Notes under the pieces: model-generated
Databases searched by the model: none
The model's input: the letters and a program-made list of their open reading frames with translations, nothing else
Told to the model about the DNA's origin: nothing
Program-made: the position numbers and the translations under genes
Shown: positions 1 through 12,329 of the stretch, one piece after another
Layout of the letters: the number at the start of each line of letters is the position of its first letter
Numbering within the stretch: the stretch's first letter is position 1
DNA from: an uncultured Alphaproteobacteria bacterium
GTDB lineage: Bacteria > Pseudomonadota > Alphaproteobacteria > Acetobacterales > Acetobacteraceae
Direction of reading: 5' to 3'
NCBI GenBank assembly: GCA_963778125.1
Contig: CAVZTH010000043.1
Location: 70,760-134,759, forward strand
Length of the DNA stretch: 64,000 nucleotides

Positions 1-773
1 ATCCAGAAGAACAGCGCCAGCGACACCACAGCAACGATCGACAACCGCACGATGAACGGCGAGCCGAACCAGTCGTCCTTGTTGCCTTCCTCCAGCACCG
101 TCTGCAACGACGCGAGGCCGATCGCGAGCGTGGCGATACCGGGCCAGTCACCGTCCCGAAGCATCGCCAGTTTCATCGGCGAGGGCAGCAGCGACGGCCA
201 AAGCGTCGCCAGCATGATCGCGCCGGGGATCAGGTTGACGTAAAAGATATACTGCCAGCCGAAGTTTTCGGTCAGGTAGCCGCCGATCGTCGGCCCGATT
301 GCCGGCGCGAACGTGGCGGACACCGCGAACATCGCAAGGCCGACCGGCTGCTTGGACTTTGGTAGCATGGTCAAAGTGATGGTGAAGGCCATCGGGATCA
401 GCACGCCGCCGAAAAAGCCCTGCAACGCGCGAAGAGCGATCATCTGGTTCAGATTCTGCGCGTAGGCACAGGCCACCGACATCACCAGGAACATGATCGT
501 GTTGCCCAGGAGATAGCGGCGCAGCGAGAATACCGGGGTCAGAAATCCTGTCAGCGGGATGACGACGATCTCGGCGACCAGGTAAGCGGTCGAGATCCAG
601 CCGCCATCGTCGATGCCCGCGCCGATCGCGCCCTGGATATTGGGTAGCGAGGCGTTGGTGATCTGGATGTTAAGCACCGCGATGAAGGCACCGATGATGG
701 AACCGCCCACCGCCATCCAGGTCTTCAGATCGGTTTTTGGTTCGCTATCGGTACGAACGCGAGGATTGCTCAC
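1..773 (-). CDS. DHA2 (EmrB/QacA-family) MFS efflux transporter, 3' end runs off the window
   Basis: Hand translation from GTG at 773 (GTGA overlap with the upstream HlyD stop, GGAG RBS): ...KTWMAVGGSIIGAFIAVLNIQITNASLPNIQGAIGAGIDDGGWISTAYLVAEIVVIP..., later RALQGFFGGVLIP and ATFAPAIGPTIGGYLTENFGWQYIFYVN, all typical EmrB motifs. Not in the ORF track. Confidence 0.92.
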   Translation of the reverse strand, partial: MSNPRVRTDSEPKTDLKTWMAVGGSIIGAFIAVLNIQITNASLPNIQGAIGAGIDDGGWISTAYLVAEIVVIPLTGFLTPVFSLRRYLLGNTIMFLVMSVACAYAQNLNQMIALRALQGFFGGVLIPMAFTITLTMLPKSKQPVGLAMFAVSATFAPAIGPTIGGYLTENFGWQYIFYVNLIPGAIMLATLWPSLLPSPMKLAMLRDGDWPGIATLAIGLASLQTVLEEGNKDDWFGSPFIVRLSIVAVVSLALFFW

Positions 774-1963
774 GGCGGATCTCCCGGATCATGGATCAGC
801 GCGAAGCGACAGAGGTCGGGGCCGCCGGCTTTGGCGTCACCCGCCTTGGTATCGATCGTCGGTTCGACTGACATGCCCGGACGCAGCAGGCCGAAAGCCA
901 CGGCACGGCCTGAGGGATCGCGATCAAGCACGATCTTGACGGGCAAGCGCTGCACGATCTTAGTGAAGTTGCCGGTGGCGTTATCTGGCGGCAGCAGCGC
1001 GAATTGCAGGCCGGTCGCCGGGGCGACGCTATCGACCCGGCCGTGGATCCTCGCATCCGGGAACGTGTCGACGGAGATCTCGACCGGCTGACCGGGATGG
1101 ACGTCGGTGAGCTGCGTCTCTTTGAAGTTTGCCACGATGTAGACGGCGTCCAGCGGAACGACTGCCATGAGCTGAGTTCCTGCCTGGACATATTGGCCGA
1201 CCCGCAGCGAGCGCGCGCCTACCGTGCCGTCGATCGGGGCTATAATGCTGGTATAGCCGAGGTTCAACCGAGCCTGCTGTTCGGCGGCGCGGTAATGCTC
1301 GAGCTGCGCGGTGGCTTTAACCCGGGCGGCCTGAAGCACATCCACCTGCTGTTTGGCGGCGGCCAGGGCGGCACGCGCCTGCAGCAGGCCGGCCGTGCGC
1401 TGCACCAGCGTTGACTCGGTCTGCTGGGCGGACTGGGTGGTCCCGGCACCGGTCCGGGAGAGCAGGTCATATCGAGCATGATCCTGCTGTGCGAACTTCA
1501 GCGAAGCCTCGGCTGACGTGACCTCCTGGTTCGCCTGTTCGATGGTGGAATTCTGCAGGATCAACTGGGCATCGATCGAGCGGATCTCGCTGGCGGCGCT
1601 TTCCCGATCGGCGATCGCCTGATGCAGCGCGGTCTGAAAGTCCTGGTCGTCGATCCGCGCGAGTAATTGCCCCGCCTTGACGGGCTGATTGTCGGTGACC
1701 AGCACCTGGCTGAGGTAGCCGGAAACCCGCGGGGCAATCAGGGTGTTGTCCGCCTGGACGTAGGCGTCGTCGGTGGATACCTCGAAGCGGCCGGTCTGCC
1801 AGTATTCCGTGCCGTAATAGGCGCCGGCCGCCAAGCCAAGCACCGCGATTGTGCCGAGCGCGGTCTGCTTCAGCAGGCCCTTGCGGCGGGACGCGTTGCC
1901 CGCGCGGATGCCAATGCCCGCGGAGCCGCCGTCCATCCGCTCGACCGTCGTTGCCTGACTCAT
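770..1963 (-). CDS. HlyD/EmrA-family membrane fusion protein
   Basis: STDDAYVQAD, APIDGTVG, NFKETQL, LLPPDNATGNFTKIVQRLPVKI motifs; ATG at 1963 (MSQATT) preceded by GGAG-like RBS. Confidence 0.92.
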   Translation of the reverse strand: MSQATTVERMDGGSAGIGIRAGNASRRKGLLKQTALGTIAVLGLAAGAYYGTEYWQTGRFEVSTDDAYVQADNTLIAPRVSGYLSQVLVTDNQPVKAGQLLARIDDQDFQTALHQAIADRESAASEIRSIDAQLILQNSTIEQANQEVTSAEASLKFAQQDHARYDLLSRTGAGTTQSAQQTESTLVQRTAGLLQARAALAAAKQQVDVLQAARVKATAQLEHYRAAEQQARLNLGYTSIIAPIDGTVGARSLRVGQYVQAGTQLMAVVPLDAVYIVANFKETQLTDVHPGQPVEISVDTFPDARIHGRVDSVAPATGLQFALLPPDNATGNFTKIVQRLPVKIVLDRDPSGRAVAFGLLRPGMSVEPTIDTKAGDAKAGGPDLCRFALIHDPGDPP

Positions 1964-2223
1964 AGGCGCCCTCTCCTCCATCAAGTGCGAGCACAAGTAG
2001 TATCGCTGGCGCCAAGGGATAATCGGGCGCCGGGGCATTGGATCTATGCGTCTAGCGTGGAAATCTGCAGGGGAACGTTCAGGGTTGATTAACCGGATTG
2101 TTTGACATTGGCCGGACCGTCCTATGAAGTGCTGGACGATCCTGCGCCACGCTGATCGATGGTCGGCCAAAGCGCCAATAATCCGATTGCCGTCGCGCAC
2201 AAACACCAACAGGGAGAAAATTA

Positions 2224-3478
2224 GTGGATGCTCCAGTCAGCTTCGATCATCGCCTGCATGCCGCGACCGTGCCGCTTGACCAGATCGACGTCAGCAATCC
2301 GCAACTCTATTTCGACGATGTCTGGGAGCCATATTTCGAACGGCTCCGTCGCGATGATCCGGTCCACTACGTAGCGGACAGCGCCTACGGGCCGTATTGG
2401 GCCATCACCAAGTACAAGGACATCATCCGCCTTGAGGTGAATCACAAGGCGTTCTCGTCCAGTTGGGAGCTTGGCGGGATCAGGATCGAGGACATCCCAT
2501 CGGGCTATGAACGGCCGAACTTCATTTTGCTCGATCCGCCGGTTCACGATGAGCATCGGTTGGTTGTCAGTCCGACGGTCAATCCGATCAATCTGGCGAA
2601 GATGGAGAGCTTGATCCGGGAGCGGACCGGTCAGGTTCTGGAAGCGCTTCCGCGCGGCGAGGCGTTCAACTGGGTCGACCGCGTGTCGATCGAACTTACC
2701 TCCATGATGCTTTGCACGCTGTTCGATTATCCCGTCGAGGACCGGCGGCAGTTGGTTTACTGGTCGGAGGTGGTGATTACCGACATCAACGCGCCGGGGG
2801 CGCTGGTGAAGTCGGAAGCGGAGCGGTTTGCGATCCAGCTGCAATACACCGAGCGTTTGAACGAGCTTTGGGAGGAGCGGGCGAAGTTGCCGCCGAGCTT
2901 CGACATCATCTCGATTCTTGCGCACAGCGATACCATGAACAAGATTGTCGTTGCGGGAACGGATGGGAATCCTGACGTTGTTCCTGGTCGGCGGCAACGA
3001 CACGACGCGCAATTCGATGTCCGGCGGGCTGTGGGGATTGAGCCAGTTCCCCGATCAGATGCGGAAACTGCGCGCCAACCCGGCGCTGGTGACCGACACG
3101 GTGCCGGAGATCGTTCGCTGGCAGACCCCGGTGATCCACATGCGGCGGACCGCGCTGGAGGACGTGGATTTCGGCGGCAAGGTGATCAAGAAGGGTGACA
3201 AGGTCGTCGTTTGGTATATCTCGGGGAACCGTGACGACACGGTCATCGAGCGGCCCAACGAGTTCATCGTCGACCGCCGCCGGCCGCGCGAGCATCTGTC
3301 GTTTGGCTTCGGCATCCATCGCTGCCTGGGCAATCGGCTCGCGGAATTGCAGCTGAAGATTTTGTGGGAGGAGGTCATCCGGCGCAACCTGGAGATCGAG
3401 GTGCTTGGGAAGCCGGTGTATGCGTATTCGAACTTCCTGCGTGGGATAAAGGAACTTCCGGTGCGTCTGGCGGCTTGA
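2224..3478 (+). CDS. Cytochrome P450, CYP153-like (one frameshift near 2945)
   Basis: ORFs 2224..3198 and 2945..3478 join into one P450: [23 protein letters not shown]-helix [21 protein letters not shown] (ExxR), heme motif [13 protein letters not shown]. Confidence 0.9.
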
Positions 3479-3528
3479 GCAGAGGGACGGCGTCGGGCGT
3501 CTGATCCGCGCGTTGGAGTTGCAGACCG

Positions 3529-4518
3529 ATGAAGTTCGGCGTCCTGCAGTTCTTCAGTTGGCCGGAACGGCGGGTCGATCTGGCCACGGTGTATGATCGG
3601 GCGATCCAGCGGATCGAGATCATGGATCGGTCCGGCTATGACGCGGTCTGGCTGGCTGAGCATCATTTCTCCAGCTTTAGCGTGTGTCCGTCGGTCCACA
3701 TGATGGGAACGCTTGCCGCGGCTCGGACCCGGCGGTTGCGGATCGGCACCGCGGTGTCACTGGCCGCGTTCTACCATCCGCTCCGGCTTGCCGAGGAAGT
3801 GGCTCTTCTGGACGTGCTGTCGGGAGGGCGGGTGAATTGGGGTGCCGGCCGCGGGTTTTCGCGCGGGGAGTTCACCGCGTTCGGGGTGGCGCCGGAAGAA
3901 AGCACGTCTCGGTTCCGGGAAACCGTGGAAATCGTGCTGCGGGCGTGGAGCGAAGAGCGGCTGAACTACGCGGGGGAGTATTTCCGGTTCGAGGATGTCG
4001 AGGTTTTGCCGAAGCCGGCACAGACTCCGCTGCCGGTGTGGATGGCCGCGAGTTCCAGGCCGGCGATCATTTGGGCGGCGGGCCGCGGCTTCTCCATCCT
4101 GATGGACCCGCATTCCACCTTCGCGGAACTTGCCGAAAAGCGGCGTTATTACGAGCAGGGACTGGTCGCCGGCGGGTTCTCGCCTGCCGGCCGGGACATT
4201 CCGATGGCGCGTTTCGTTGCACTGGCCGACACCGACGCCAAGGCCGAGGCCGTGGCTCGGCGGGGCGCCGGCTGGCTGACGGCGTCCTATGTCGGGCCGC
4301 GGCATAACGCGGTGGTGCAGGAGGCGCGGGTATATAGCGGCGGGGATCTGGTGGAGCACTACGCCGGGCAGGTGATCCTGCATGGCACGCCCGATCGGGT
4401 GGTCGACCAGGTGTTGGCGCTCCGGGAAGAGGCCAGGCTGGATTACCTGCTGTGCGCGCCGCTCAGCCACGAGAGTTTCGTGATGCTGACGGACCAGGTG
4501 TTGCCGCGGCTGGGGTGA
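3529..4518 (+). CDS. Luciferase-like (LLM class) flavin-dependent monooxygenase
   Basis: MKFGVL start, VWLAEHHF, HPLRLAEEVALLDVLSGGRVNWGAGRG, PKPAQ motifs. Confidence 0.92.
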   Translation: MKFGVLQFFSWPERRVDLATVYDRAIQRIEIMDRSGYDAVWLAEHHFSSFSVCPSVHMMGTLAAARTRRLRIGTAVSLAAFYHPLRLAEEVALLDVLSGGRVNWGAGRGFSRGEFTAFGVAPEESTSRFRETVEIVLRAWSEERLNYAGEYFRFEDVEVLPKPAQTPLPVWMAASSRPAIIWAAGRGFSILMDPHSTFAELAEKRRYYEQGLVAGGFSPAGRDIPMARFVALADTDAKAEAVARRGAGWLTASYVGPRHNAVVQEARVYSGGDLVEHYAGQVILHGTPDRVVDQVLALREEARLDYLLCAPLSHESFVMLTDQVLPRLG

Positions 4519-5963
4519 GCAATTCAGGAACAGGAACCACCGATGAATCAGCCATCCGACCCTGGACGCCGATGCGACGGACGGCGCTCCGCCTGATGGG
4601 CCCCGATCCCGCGAACTGGGTTCCGGATCGTCCCGGCATCGACCATAACGTCACGATCGTCGGCGGCGGGCAAACCGGGTGCGCGCTGGCTTTCGCATTG
4701 CGCCGCGCCGGCGTCGGCAAGGTCTCGATACTGGAAGCGGCGCCGGACGAGAAAGCCGCGGGCATCTGGCTGAATGCCGCGCGCATGAACCTTTTGCGCA
4801 CACCGAAGGCGCTGCCTGGGCCGGAGCTTGGGATTCCGGCGCTGAGTTTCCAGGGGTGGTATGAAGCGCGCCACGGGCAGGCGGCGTATACCGCGATCGA
4901 TCGTATCGAACGCACTTGATTGGGCGAATTATATTAGGTTGGTACAGGCGATTTCTCGGGATCGACCCACGCTACGCGACGCGCCTGACGCGGATTGAAC
5001 CGATGGGTGATCATTTTCGGCTGCATCTGGACACGTCCGGCGGTGCCAGGACAGAAACGACCAGAAAGATCGTTTTGGCCACGGGGTTCTTCGGCGGCGG
5101 CGGCAAGTTCATTCCGGATGTGCTGACGAGCAACCTGACCCCGGACTCATACGCGCACACCGAGGACGTGATCGACTTCGCCGCCCTACGGGGCAAGGTT
5201 GTGGGGGTGGTGGGCGCGGCGGCGGCTGCGTTTGACGCGGCGGGCGTGGCGCTGGAGCATGGTGCCGCCGAGGTTCACCTGTTCGCGCGGCGCGACACGA
5301 TTGCGTCGATCCCGGTGACCCGAGCGCGGGCGTTTCCTGGGGCCTATGACAATTACTATCAGCTTCCGGACGCGGATCGAATGGCATCAGGCGATCCGGT
5401 ATTTCCGCTTTGGATCAACCCCAACGACCGATGCGATCGAGCGCACCGTCAAATACCCCAATTTTCATCTGCATCTCTCCGCGCCGTGGTCCAACGCGGC
5501 GAAGCGCGGCGATAAAGTTGAGACGACCATCAACGGCACGACCTATCGTATGGATTTCGTGATCGCCGGCACGGGCTATTCCCCAGATCTGGCATCGCGG
5601 CCGGAGTTGGCTGATTTTGCCGGACAGATCCTGCTCTGGCGCGATCGATATACGCCGTCTCGGGACGAGCAGGATGAAATGCTCGGTTGCTATCCTTATT
5701 TGGGTGCAGGGCACGAATTACTGGAGAAAATCCAGGGCGCTTCGCCTCTTCTCGCGCATATTCATGTGCAGAACCCGGCTGGGTTCCTGAGCTTCGGATT
5801 GCCGATCGGCGATGTTCCGAGCATGAAACGTGATATTCCAGTCATTGTCGGCCGAATCAGTGCCGATCTGTTCCGCGACGACCTGGACACATTGCGCCAT
5901 CGCATGGTCGGCGATGTTCCGCCCGATTTCACCGATGAACTGTATCGGCCCGCGGTCAGGTAG
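4515..5963 (+). CDS. FAD/NAD(P)-dependent flavin monooxygenase, HpyO-like (two frameshifts, near 4916 and 5380)
   Basis: GTGA overlap with the LLM stop; VTIVGGGQTG FAD motif, ARMNLLRTPK, IVLATG, VVGAAAAAFDAA NADP motif, DFVIAGTGY across ORFs 4452, 4916 and 5346. Confidence 0.8.
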
Positions 5964-6084
5964 AGGGGGCCAATCTGAGAAGAAGGACGATCACGCCAAC
6001 GTTTTCACTGCGGCTGCGACGTTGGCCTTCTCGGCCGGGGCGATCCTGTCACGGCCGTGATAGTCCCCCTCCAACCTCCCCGTC

Positions 6085-7481
6085 GTGCAAATCGCCTGGA
6101 GTGGATCGGCACCCCGGAGCCAATCTACAAACCGATTGCCGATCGGCCTCGGAAACAGGAGTTCAGCCATCTCTGAACCGCCAGCACGCGTGTTCCGACT
6201 TTGCTTGGCGCTGATCGTCTGTTCCGCGCTGCAGGCGGTCAGCGGCGCCGCGCATGCGGAGTCCGCGGGAAGAGGGACGAGCGGGGGAGAGGGCGGGCGG
6301 GCGGCGCCCGTCGCGCAGCCTCAGGTCGACCTTGCCGAGCCGGACGACTCGTCCGGCTTCATGCAGGCGATCACCGTCGATCTGGACCGCGTCTACGACC
6401 ATTACCTTGCCTTCAAGGACAAGATCCAGAGAGCGACCTCAACATCCAGGTACTCGATGCCGGTTTCGATGTTCGGCCAATCGGGTATCTCCGAAAAGTG
6501 GTCCCGGTGTTGCCGAAATCGTCTATTTCCCGACAGTCACCTGGACGCCTTTCACCGATACGGCGATGGGCTCGGGCGCCTTCACCTTTAGCTTTCTGGG
6601 CAACCAGTTCTGGACGCACGCGAACACCAACTCCCAGCAGGTCAGTATGGGCCTGTTGACGACCCAGAACGATTGGGTAGCGAACGGCTATCAGTACGCG
6701 CAGATCACCTACACCCAAACATTCCCCGGCGATTGGCTGGCCGTCACCGTCGGCCAGTATTCGTTCGCGTTGGGCGACGGCAATCAATACGCCGGCGATG
6801 CACAGACCAATTTCATCAACTATGCGCTCGCCCAGAATGCCACGCAGACACATGCCAATGCCGGCACCGGTGCCTATGTGCAGATCACGCCGAATAGTGT
6901 GCTGGAGTTTGCAGGTGGCCTGCAAAGCGCCACCGACGTCACTGGGCACGCGCTGACCACCAATGGCTTCGGCGACGGCAAAATCGCCTATGGCCTATTT
7001 GGACAATGGAAGCCGACCTATCTGGCCGGCGGCGCGTACGGCATTCTGTATTACGATCAGCCGGGGGTGCCGCAGCAACCGAGCGCGTCCCAAGGGGTCT
7101 CCTTCAACGCCGTGCAGAATCTGAACGCGAGATACGGGCTGTTCCTGAGAGCGAATAACGCGTCGGGCGCCGCGAGCCCGATTGAGACGTCGGTGGCGTT
7201 CGGTGGAATTGTGAATAACCCGTTCGGGCGCAACCGGCTCGACCAAGCCGGCATCGGCCTCGCCTGGGACAAGACCAATACATCGGCTGCCCCCACGCCA
7301 GCGCGGGGTTCGGAATGGGTGGGTGAACTCTATTACAATTACACGGTCTCAAGGCTACAATTACACGGTCTTCAAGGCGATGCAGTTGACACCGGACGTG
7401 CAGGTCTATGTGAATCCCGCGCTCGCCCCCAACACTAGCGTGGCAGCGGTGTTCTCGCTGCGCGCCACGTTCAAGAACTGA
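6085..7481 (+). CDS. Carbohydrate-selective porin, OprB-like (frameshifted; start uncertain)
   Basis: Signal-like ALQAVSGAAHA, QTNFINYALAQN, RYGLFLRAN, EWVGELYYNY, and C-terminal LTPDVQVYVNPALAP...VFSLRATFKN* (TGA 7479-7481) in a shifted frame. Confidence 0.75.
7334..7378 (+). repeat. Tandem duplication of 22/23 bp inside the porin gene
   Basis: tacaattacacggtctcaaggc (7334-7355) is immediately followed by tacaattacacggtcttcaaggc (7356-7378). Confidence 0.9.
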
Positions 7482-7648
7482 GCCGCGCCCCGAGGATACA
7501 CCCGTGCTTGCGGCGGTCTCCCCGCTGGGCCCCCACGTCGGGCGCTTACAGCGGGAATGTTGCTGGTACGATTGATGCCGGCGTTTGCTGCGCGACACCG
7601 CGCGCACGTGCTACGGTGTCGGACCTTTACCGCGGACCCGTGGCGACG

Positions 7649-10600
7649 ATGTCAATCGAAGCACCTGCCTTTCCTGGGCCTTTCGCCGCCTTCGCGGCAT
7701 CGATCATGGGGCAGTCTCCACTGCGCGCGGCCATCACGGCCCAAACCCGGGTAGACGAAGCCGAGTGCGTTGCGCGGTTGCTTGAGACGGCGACCCTGCC
7801 GAGCCTTGCGGTCGTGCAAGCAGAAGTATTGGCGCGCCGTCTGGTGACTGCCCTCCGAGCGAAAGGTACCCAGGGGGCGGTCGAAGGGCTGATGCGGGAA
7901 TATGCGCTGTCGAGCGACGAGGGCGTCGCGCTCATGTGTTTGGCCGAGGCGCTGCTCCGCATTCCCGACCGGGCTACGCGCGACGCCTTGATCCGCGACA
8001 AGACCACCAAGGGGGATTGGCAAAGTCACGTTGGCCACTCGCCGTCGATGTTTGTCAACGCCGCCACTTGGGGGCTTCTCGTGACCGGCAAATTGGTCGC
8101 CACCAACAGCGAGGTTGGGCTTGCGGGCGCACTGGCCCGGCTGATCGCGCGTGGCGGCGAGCCGGTGGTTCGCAAGGGAGTCGATATCGCGATGCGGATG
8201 CTGGGCGAACAATTCGTTTCCGGGCGAACGATCGCCGAGGCGTTGGCGAACAGCCGCCGCCTCGAGGCCCGTGGCTTCCGCTATTCCTACGACATGCTCG
8301 GTGAAGCCGCGCTGACGGCGACTGATGCTTCTCGTTACTATAACGAATATGAGCGGGCGATCCATGCGATCGGCGCATCGGCTGACGGCCGTGGTCTCTA
8401 CAGGGGACCGGGGATCTCGATCAAGCTTTCGGCTTTGCACCCACGCTATTGCCGAGCGCAGCGGGACCGGGTGATGGCTGAACTGCTGCCGCGTCTGCAG
8501 ACGCTGGCAGTGCTGGCGCGCCGTTACGACATCGGCCTCAATATCGATGCCGAGGAAGCGGACCGGCTGGAGCTCTCGCTCGATCTTGCTGGAAGCGCTG
8601 TGTTTCGACGGGCGGCTTGGTGGCTGGGATGGCGTGGGCTTTGTGGTTCAGGCCTATCAGAAGCGTGCGCCGTTCGTGATCGACTTTCTGATTGACCTCG
8701 CGCGCCGCTCGGGCCACCGGTTGATGATACGCCTGGTGAAGGGCGCATATTGGGACAGCGAGATCAAGCGTGCGCAGGTGGATGGGCTTGAGGGGTTTCC
8801 GGTGTTCACCCGCAAGGCACATACCGATGTTTGCTATCTGGCTTGCGCCCGCAAGCTTCTGGCCGCTCCGGCAGAGGTGTTTCCGCAGTTCGCGACGCAT
8901 AACGCCTATACAACCGCCGCTATATACAGCATGGCGGGCGGCGATTTCCAGTTTGGCCAATACGAATTCCAATGCCTGCACGGCATGGGCGAGCCCCTGT
9001 ATGAGGAGGTTGTGGGACCTGACAAGCTTGACCGGCCCTGCCGGATCTACGCTCCGGTTGGCTCGCACGAGACGTTGCTGGCTTATCTGGTGCGCCGGCT
9101 GCTGGAGAACGGGGCCAACTCGTCGTTTGTCAACCGTATCCAAGATCCATCGGTCTCAATCGAGGAGCTGGTGGCCGATCCGGTCGCGTTGGTCGCTTCG
9201 GGGTCGCCGATTGGCGCGCCGCATCCCCGCATTGTGCTGCCTCGTGCGTTGTTTGGGGCCGAGCGGGCAAACTCCGCGGGCGTTGATCTGACGAACGAAC
9301 AATGCCTGGCGGATCTCGCGCGCGCCGTGACAGCCCCCCAAGCCTGGAGCGCGGCGCCCATGCAGGCCGCCGGTGAGGCTTCGGGGCCGCGCAAGGAGGT
9401 TCGTAACCCGGCGGATCACCGTGACCTCGTCGGCTATGTTACGGAGGCCGTGGCGGAGCAGGTGGACCAAGCAGTTGCCGCCGCCAGGGCGTGGGACGCG
9501 ACGGCGCCGGGCGATCGCGCCGCGTGCTTGTTTCGAGCCGCCGATCTGCTGGCAACACGGATGGCGCAATTGATCGGGCTGATTGTGCGCGAGGCTGGCA
9601 AAACCTTTGCGAGCGCGGTTGCCGAGGTGCGGGAGGCGGTGGATTTCTTGCGTTATTATGCGGCGCAGGTGCGTGACCATTACCCGGCGGGCAGCCACAC
9701 GCCGCTTGGAATCGTCGCGTGTATCTCGCCATGGAACTTTCCTCTGTCGATCTTCACCGGGCAGGTCGCGGCGGCGCTGGCGGCTGGCAACGCCGCGCTT
9801 GCCAAGCCTGCCGAGGAGACGCCGCTGATCGCCGCACAGGCGATGGCGATCCTTCGCGAAGCGGGGGTTCCCGTCGGTGCGGCTCAACTTCTTCCCGGCG
9901 ATGGCGAGGTCGGCGCTCGGCTGGTCGCTGATCCACGGGTTCAGGGGGTGATGTTCACCGGCTCGACGGAGGTTGCCCGGCTGATCCAACGTCAACTCGC
10001 CCTGCGTCTGACGGCGGATGGGTCGCCGGTGCCCTTGATCGCGGAGACAGGGGGGCAAAACGCCCTTGTCGTCGATTCCTCGGCGCTGGTCGAACAGGTG
10101 GTGACCGACGTGATTACTTCCGCGTTCGACAGTGCCGGACAGCGCTGCTCGGCGCTTCGCGTGCTGTGCCTGCAGGAGGACGTGGCGGATCGGGTCCTGG
10201 CCATGCTGAAGGGCGCGCTGGAGGAACTTAGGGTGGGCAACCCGGACAGGCTGGCGACCGATGTGGGCCCGGTTATTTCGCCGGCGGCGCGCGACCGGAT
10301 TCTCGGGCATGTCGAGGCGATGCGAAGGAGGGGCCGAGCGGTTCATCAGTGCGCGTTGTCGCCCGAGGCTGTGCTGCACGGGACGTTCGTGCCGCCGACG
10401 ATTATCGAGATCGAAAGCCTGTCGGAGCTTCAAGGCGAGGTGTTCGGGCCAGTGCTGCACGTGGTTCGGGTGCCCAGGGACAGGCTGGAAGCGGCGGTCG
10501 AAGCGGTGAATGCCACCGGCTATGGGTTGACCTTCGGGGTGCATAGCCGGATCGATGAGACGATCGGGCGGGTTACCGCTCGCAGCACGGCGGGCAATGT

Positions 10601-11273
10601 CTACGTCAACCGCAATCTGATCGGCGCAGTGGTGGGGGTGCAACCTTTTGGCGGGCATGGCCTGTCGGGAACTGGGCCGAAGGCGGGCGGCCCGCTTTAT
10701 CTCCGCCGGCTGATGCGGCACGGACCGGCTGCCATGCCACTGCCGAAGGGGCGGCCGCCCGCGGCGGCGCGTGCGTGGCTGGCTCTTAGCGACGGCTCCG
10801 AGGCGGGGCGGGAATTTGGTCGGTCGGTCTTGGCGGGAACGCCTGCCGGGGTGGCGATGGACCTGGTGGGTCCCGTTGGAGAGCGCAATGAATACTCCAC
10901 GATCCCGCGCGGGGCGGTGGTTTGCATCGCCCCGGATCGAGAACAGCTTATGGTCCAGGTGGGTGCGGCGCTGGCGACGGGCAACCGGGCGCTGATTGCC
11001 GTGGGGGCGCTCGGTGGGCCGCCCCCATTGGACGATATCCTGGAGGTGCCGGATGTCCTGCAAACGGGTTGCGACGCCGTGCTGTTTGCAGGGAGCCGTG
11101 TTGATTTGCTGGCGATCGCGCGGAGACTGGCCGACCGGGAGGGCCCTATCGTGCCGATCTATCTCGCCGATCCCGACGGGCGCTACCCGTTGGATTTTCT
11201 GGTGCGGGAGCGCTGCGTCAGTATCAACACGGCGGCGGCGGGCGGCAACGCGAGTCTGATGACAATCGGATAG
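7649..11273 (+). CDS. putA: Bifunctional proline dehydrogenase / P5C dehydrogenase (frameshift near 8585)
   Basis: EGVALMCLAEALLRIPD, YSYDMLGEAA, GISIKLSALHPRY, RLVKGAYWDSEIK, FATHN, ISPWNFP, AETGGQN, SAGQRCSALR, C-terminal INTAAAGGNASLM. Confidence 0.96.
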
Positions 11274-11305
11274 AGAGGCCTGACCATCGACTGTTCAGGA
11301 GAACG

Positions 11306-12220
11306 CTACGGGTTCAGCGGTCCGCCCAGCCTTGCTTCTACCTGAGTGGAGAGGTCGACAAGTCGTGAGAGAAACCTCTCAAGTATGGGCGATTTGTTTG
11401 CCTTGTGAAATCCTAGCACCAGATCAATCATCGGCTTTTCTCCGGCCAGAGAACGGCTGACGATTGATGGCGGCAGGTAGCTGTCGATAGAAGCCGGCAA
11501 CAGCGCGACGCCTCCCGTAGATCCAACCAGAGAAATCGCCATGGCGAAATTATCGATTTCGAGATGCGGTGTGATGCGCACGGCCGATCGATCAAGATAC
11601 TCGCTGACGACACTGCGCAGTATGCGGGGTACAGATGAAATCCCGATAAAGGTTTCGCCGATCAGGTCGCGTGGATCGATGGACTCGCGCACCGCAAGCC
11701 GGTGATCGCGCGGCAGGATCGCGACCAGCGGTTCTCTGACAACTAAGCGGTATTCGAGATTTGGGTTTGGTTCGCGCCGCAGGAATGCCATGTCGAGTTT
11801 CCCGCGCAGAAGATCGTCGGCGAGATCGGCGGAGAACCCGCTGAAAACCCGGACTTCGAGGTTGGGCAACTCGTCCCGGAGTGTGTTCGTCGTGGGCGGG
11901 ATGCAGTCGACCTCGTGGCCCGTCAGAAAGCCGACGGCAAAGACCGGCTTTGCGGGATGTGCGATGCGCCGAGCGGATGCGACCGCGGCTTCCGCCTGCG
12001 CAAGCGACAGCCGCGCGTGATCGAGAAAAGCCCGGCCGGCCGGGGTGAGTTCGATACCCCGCACGCTGCGCTGAAAAAGCTTTGCGCCGACCTCAAGTTC
12101 GAGATCGCGGATCTGTCGGCTGAGTGAAGGCTGCGAAGTGTGCAACCTTTTCTCGGCCGCGAGGTTAAGGCTCCCCTCTTCGGCGACGGCGATGAAATAG
12201 CGAAGATGCCGGAGCTCCAT
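11306..12220 (-). CDS. LysR-family transcriptional regulator (HcaR-like)
   Basis: MELRHLRYFIAVAEE...SQPSLSRQIRDLE HTH; divergent from the SDR gene. Confidence 0.93.
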   Translation of the reverse strand: MELRHLRYFIAVAEEGSLNLAAEKRLHTSQPSLSRQIRDLELEVGAKLFQRSVRGIELTPAGRAFLDHARLSLAQAEAAVASARRIAHPAKPVFAVGFLTGHEVDCIPPTTNTLRDELPNLEVRVFSGFSADLADDLLRGKLDMAFLRREPNPNLEYRLVVREPLVAILPRDHRLAVRESIDPRDLIGETFIGISSVPRILRSVVSEYLDRSAVRITPHLEIDNFAMAISLVGSTGGVALLPASIDSYLPPSIVSRSLAGEKPMIDLVLGFHKANKSPILERFLSRLVDLSTQVEARLGGPLNP

Positions 12221-12329
12221 GACCGCTTTTATGCCTCCTGAGCATACCCTTCACCTTACAAAGTCTTATTCACCGCGGCCAGCGTGGCTTAGATCTGTCC
12301 TCGAAAGATCCGGGCTTGAGGAGTTAAAA

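Noticed and set aside
9156-11063. 635-aa antisense ORF, and similar long shadow ORFs (24530..26152, 42700..44007, 51877..53121, 53392..54861, 58010..59416)
   Set aside because: They overlap well-supported genes, have no recognisable motifs, and are expected in high-GC DNA.
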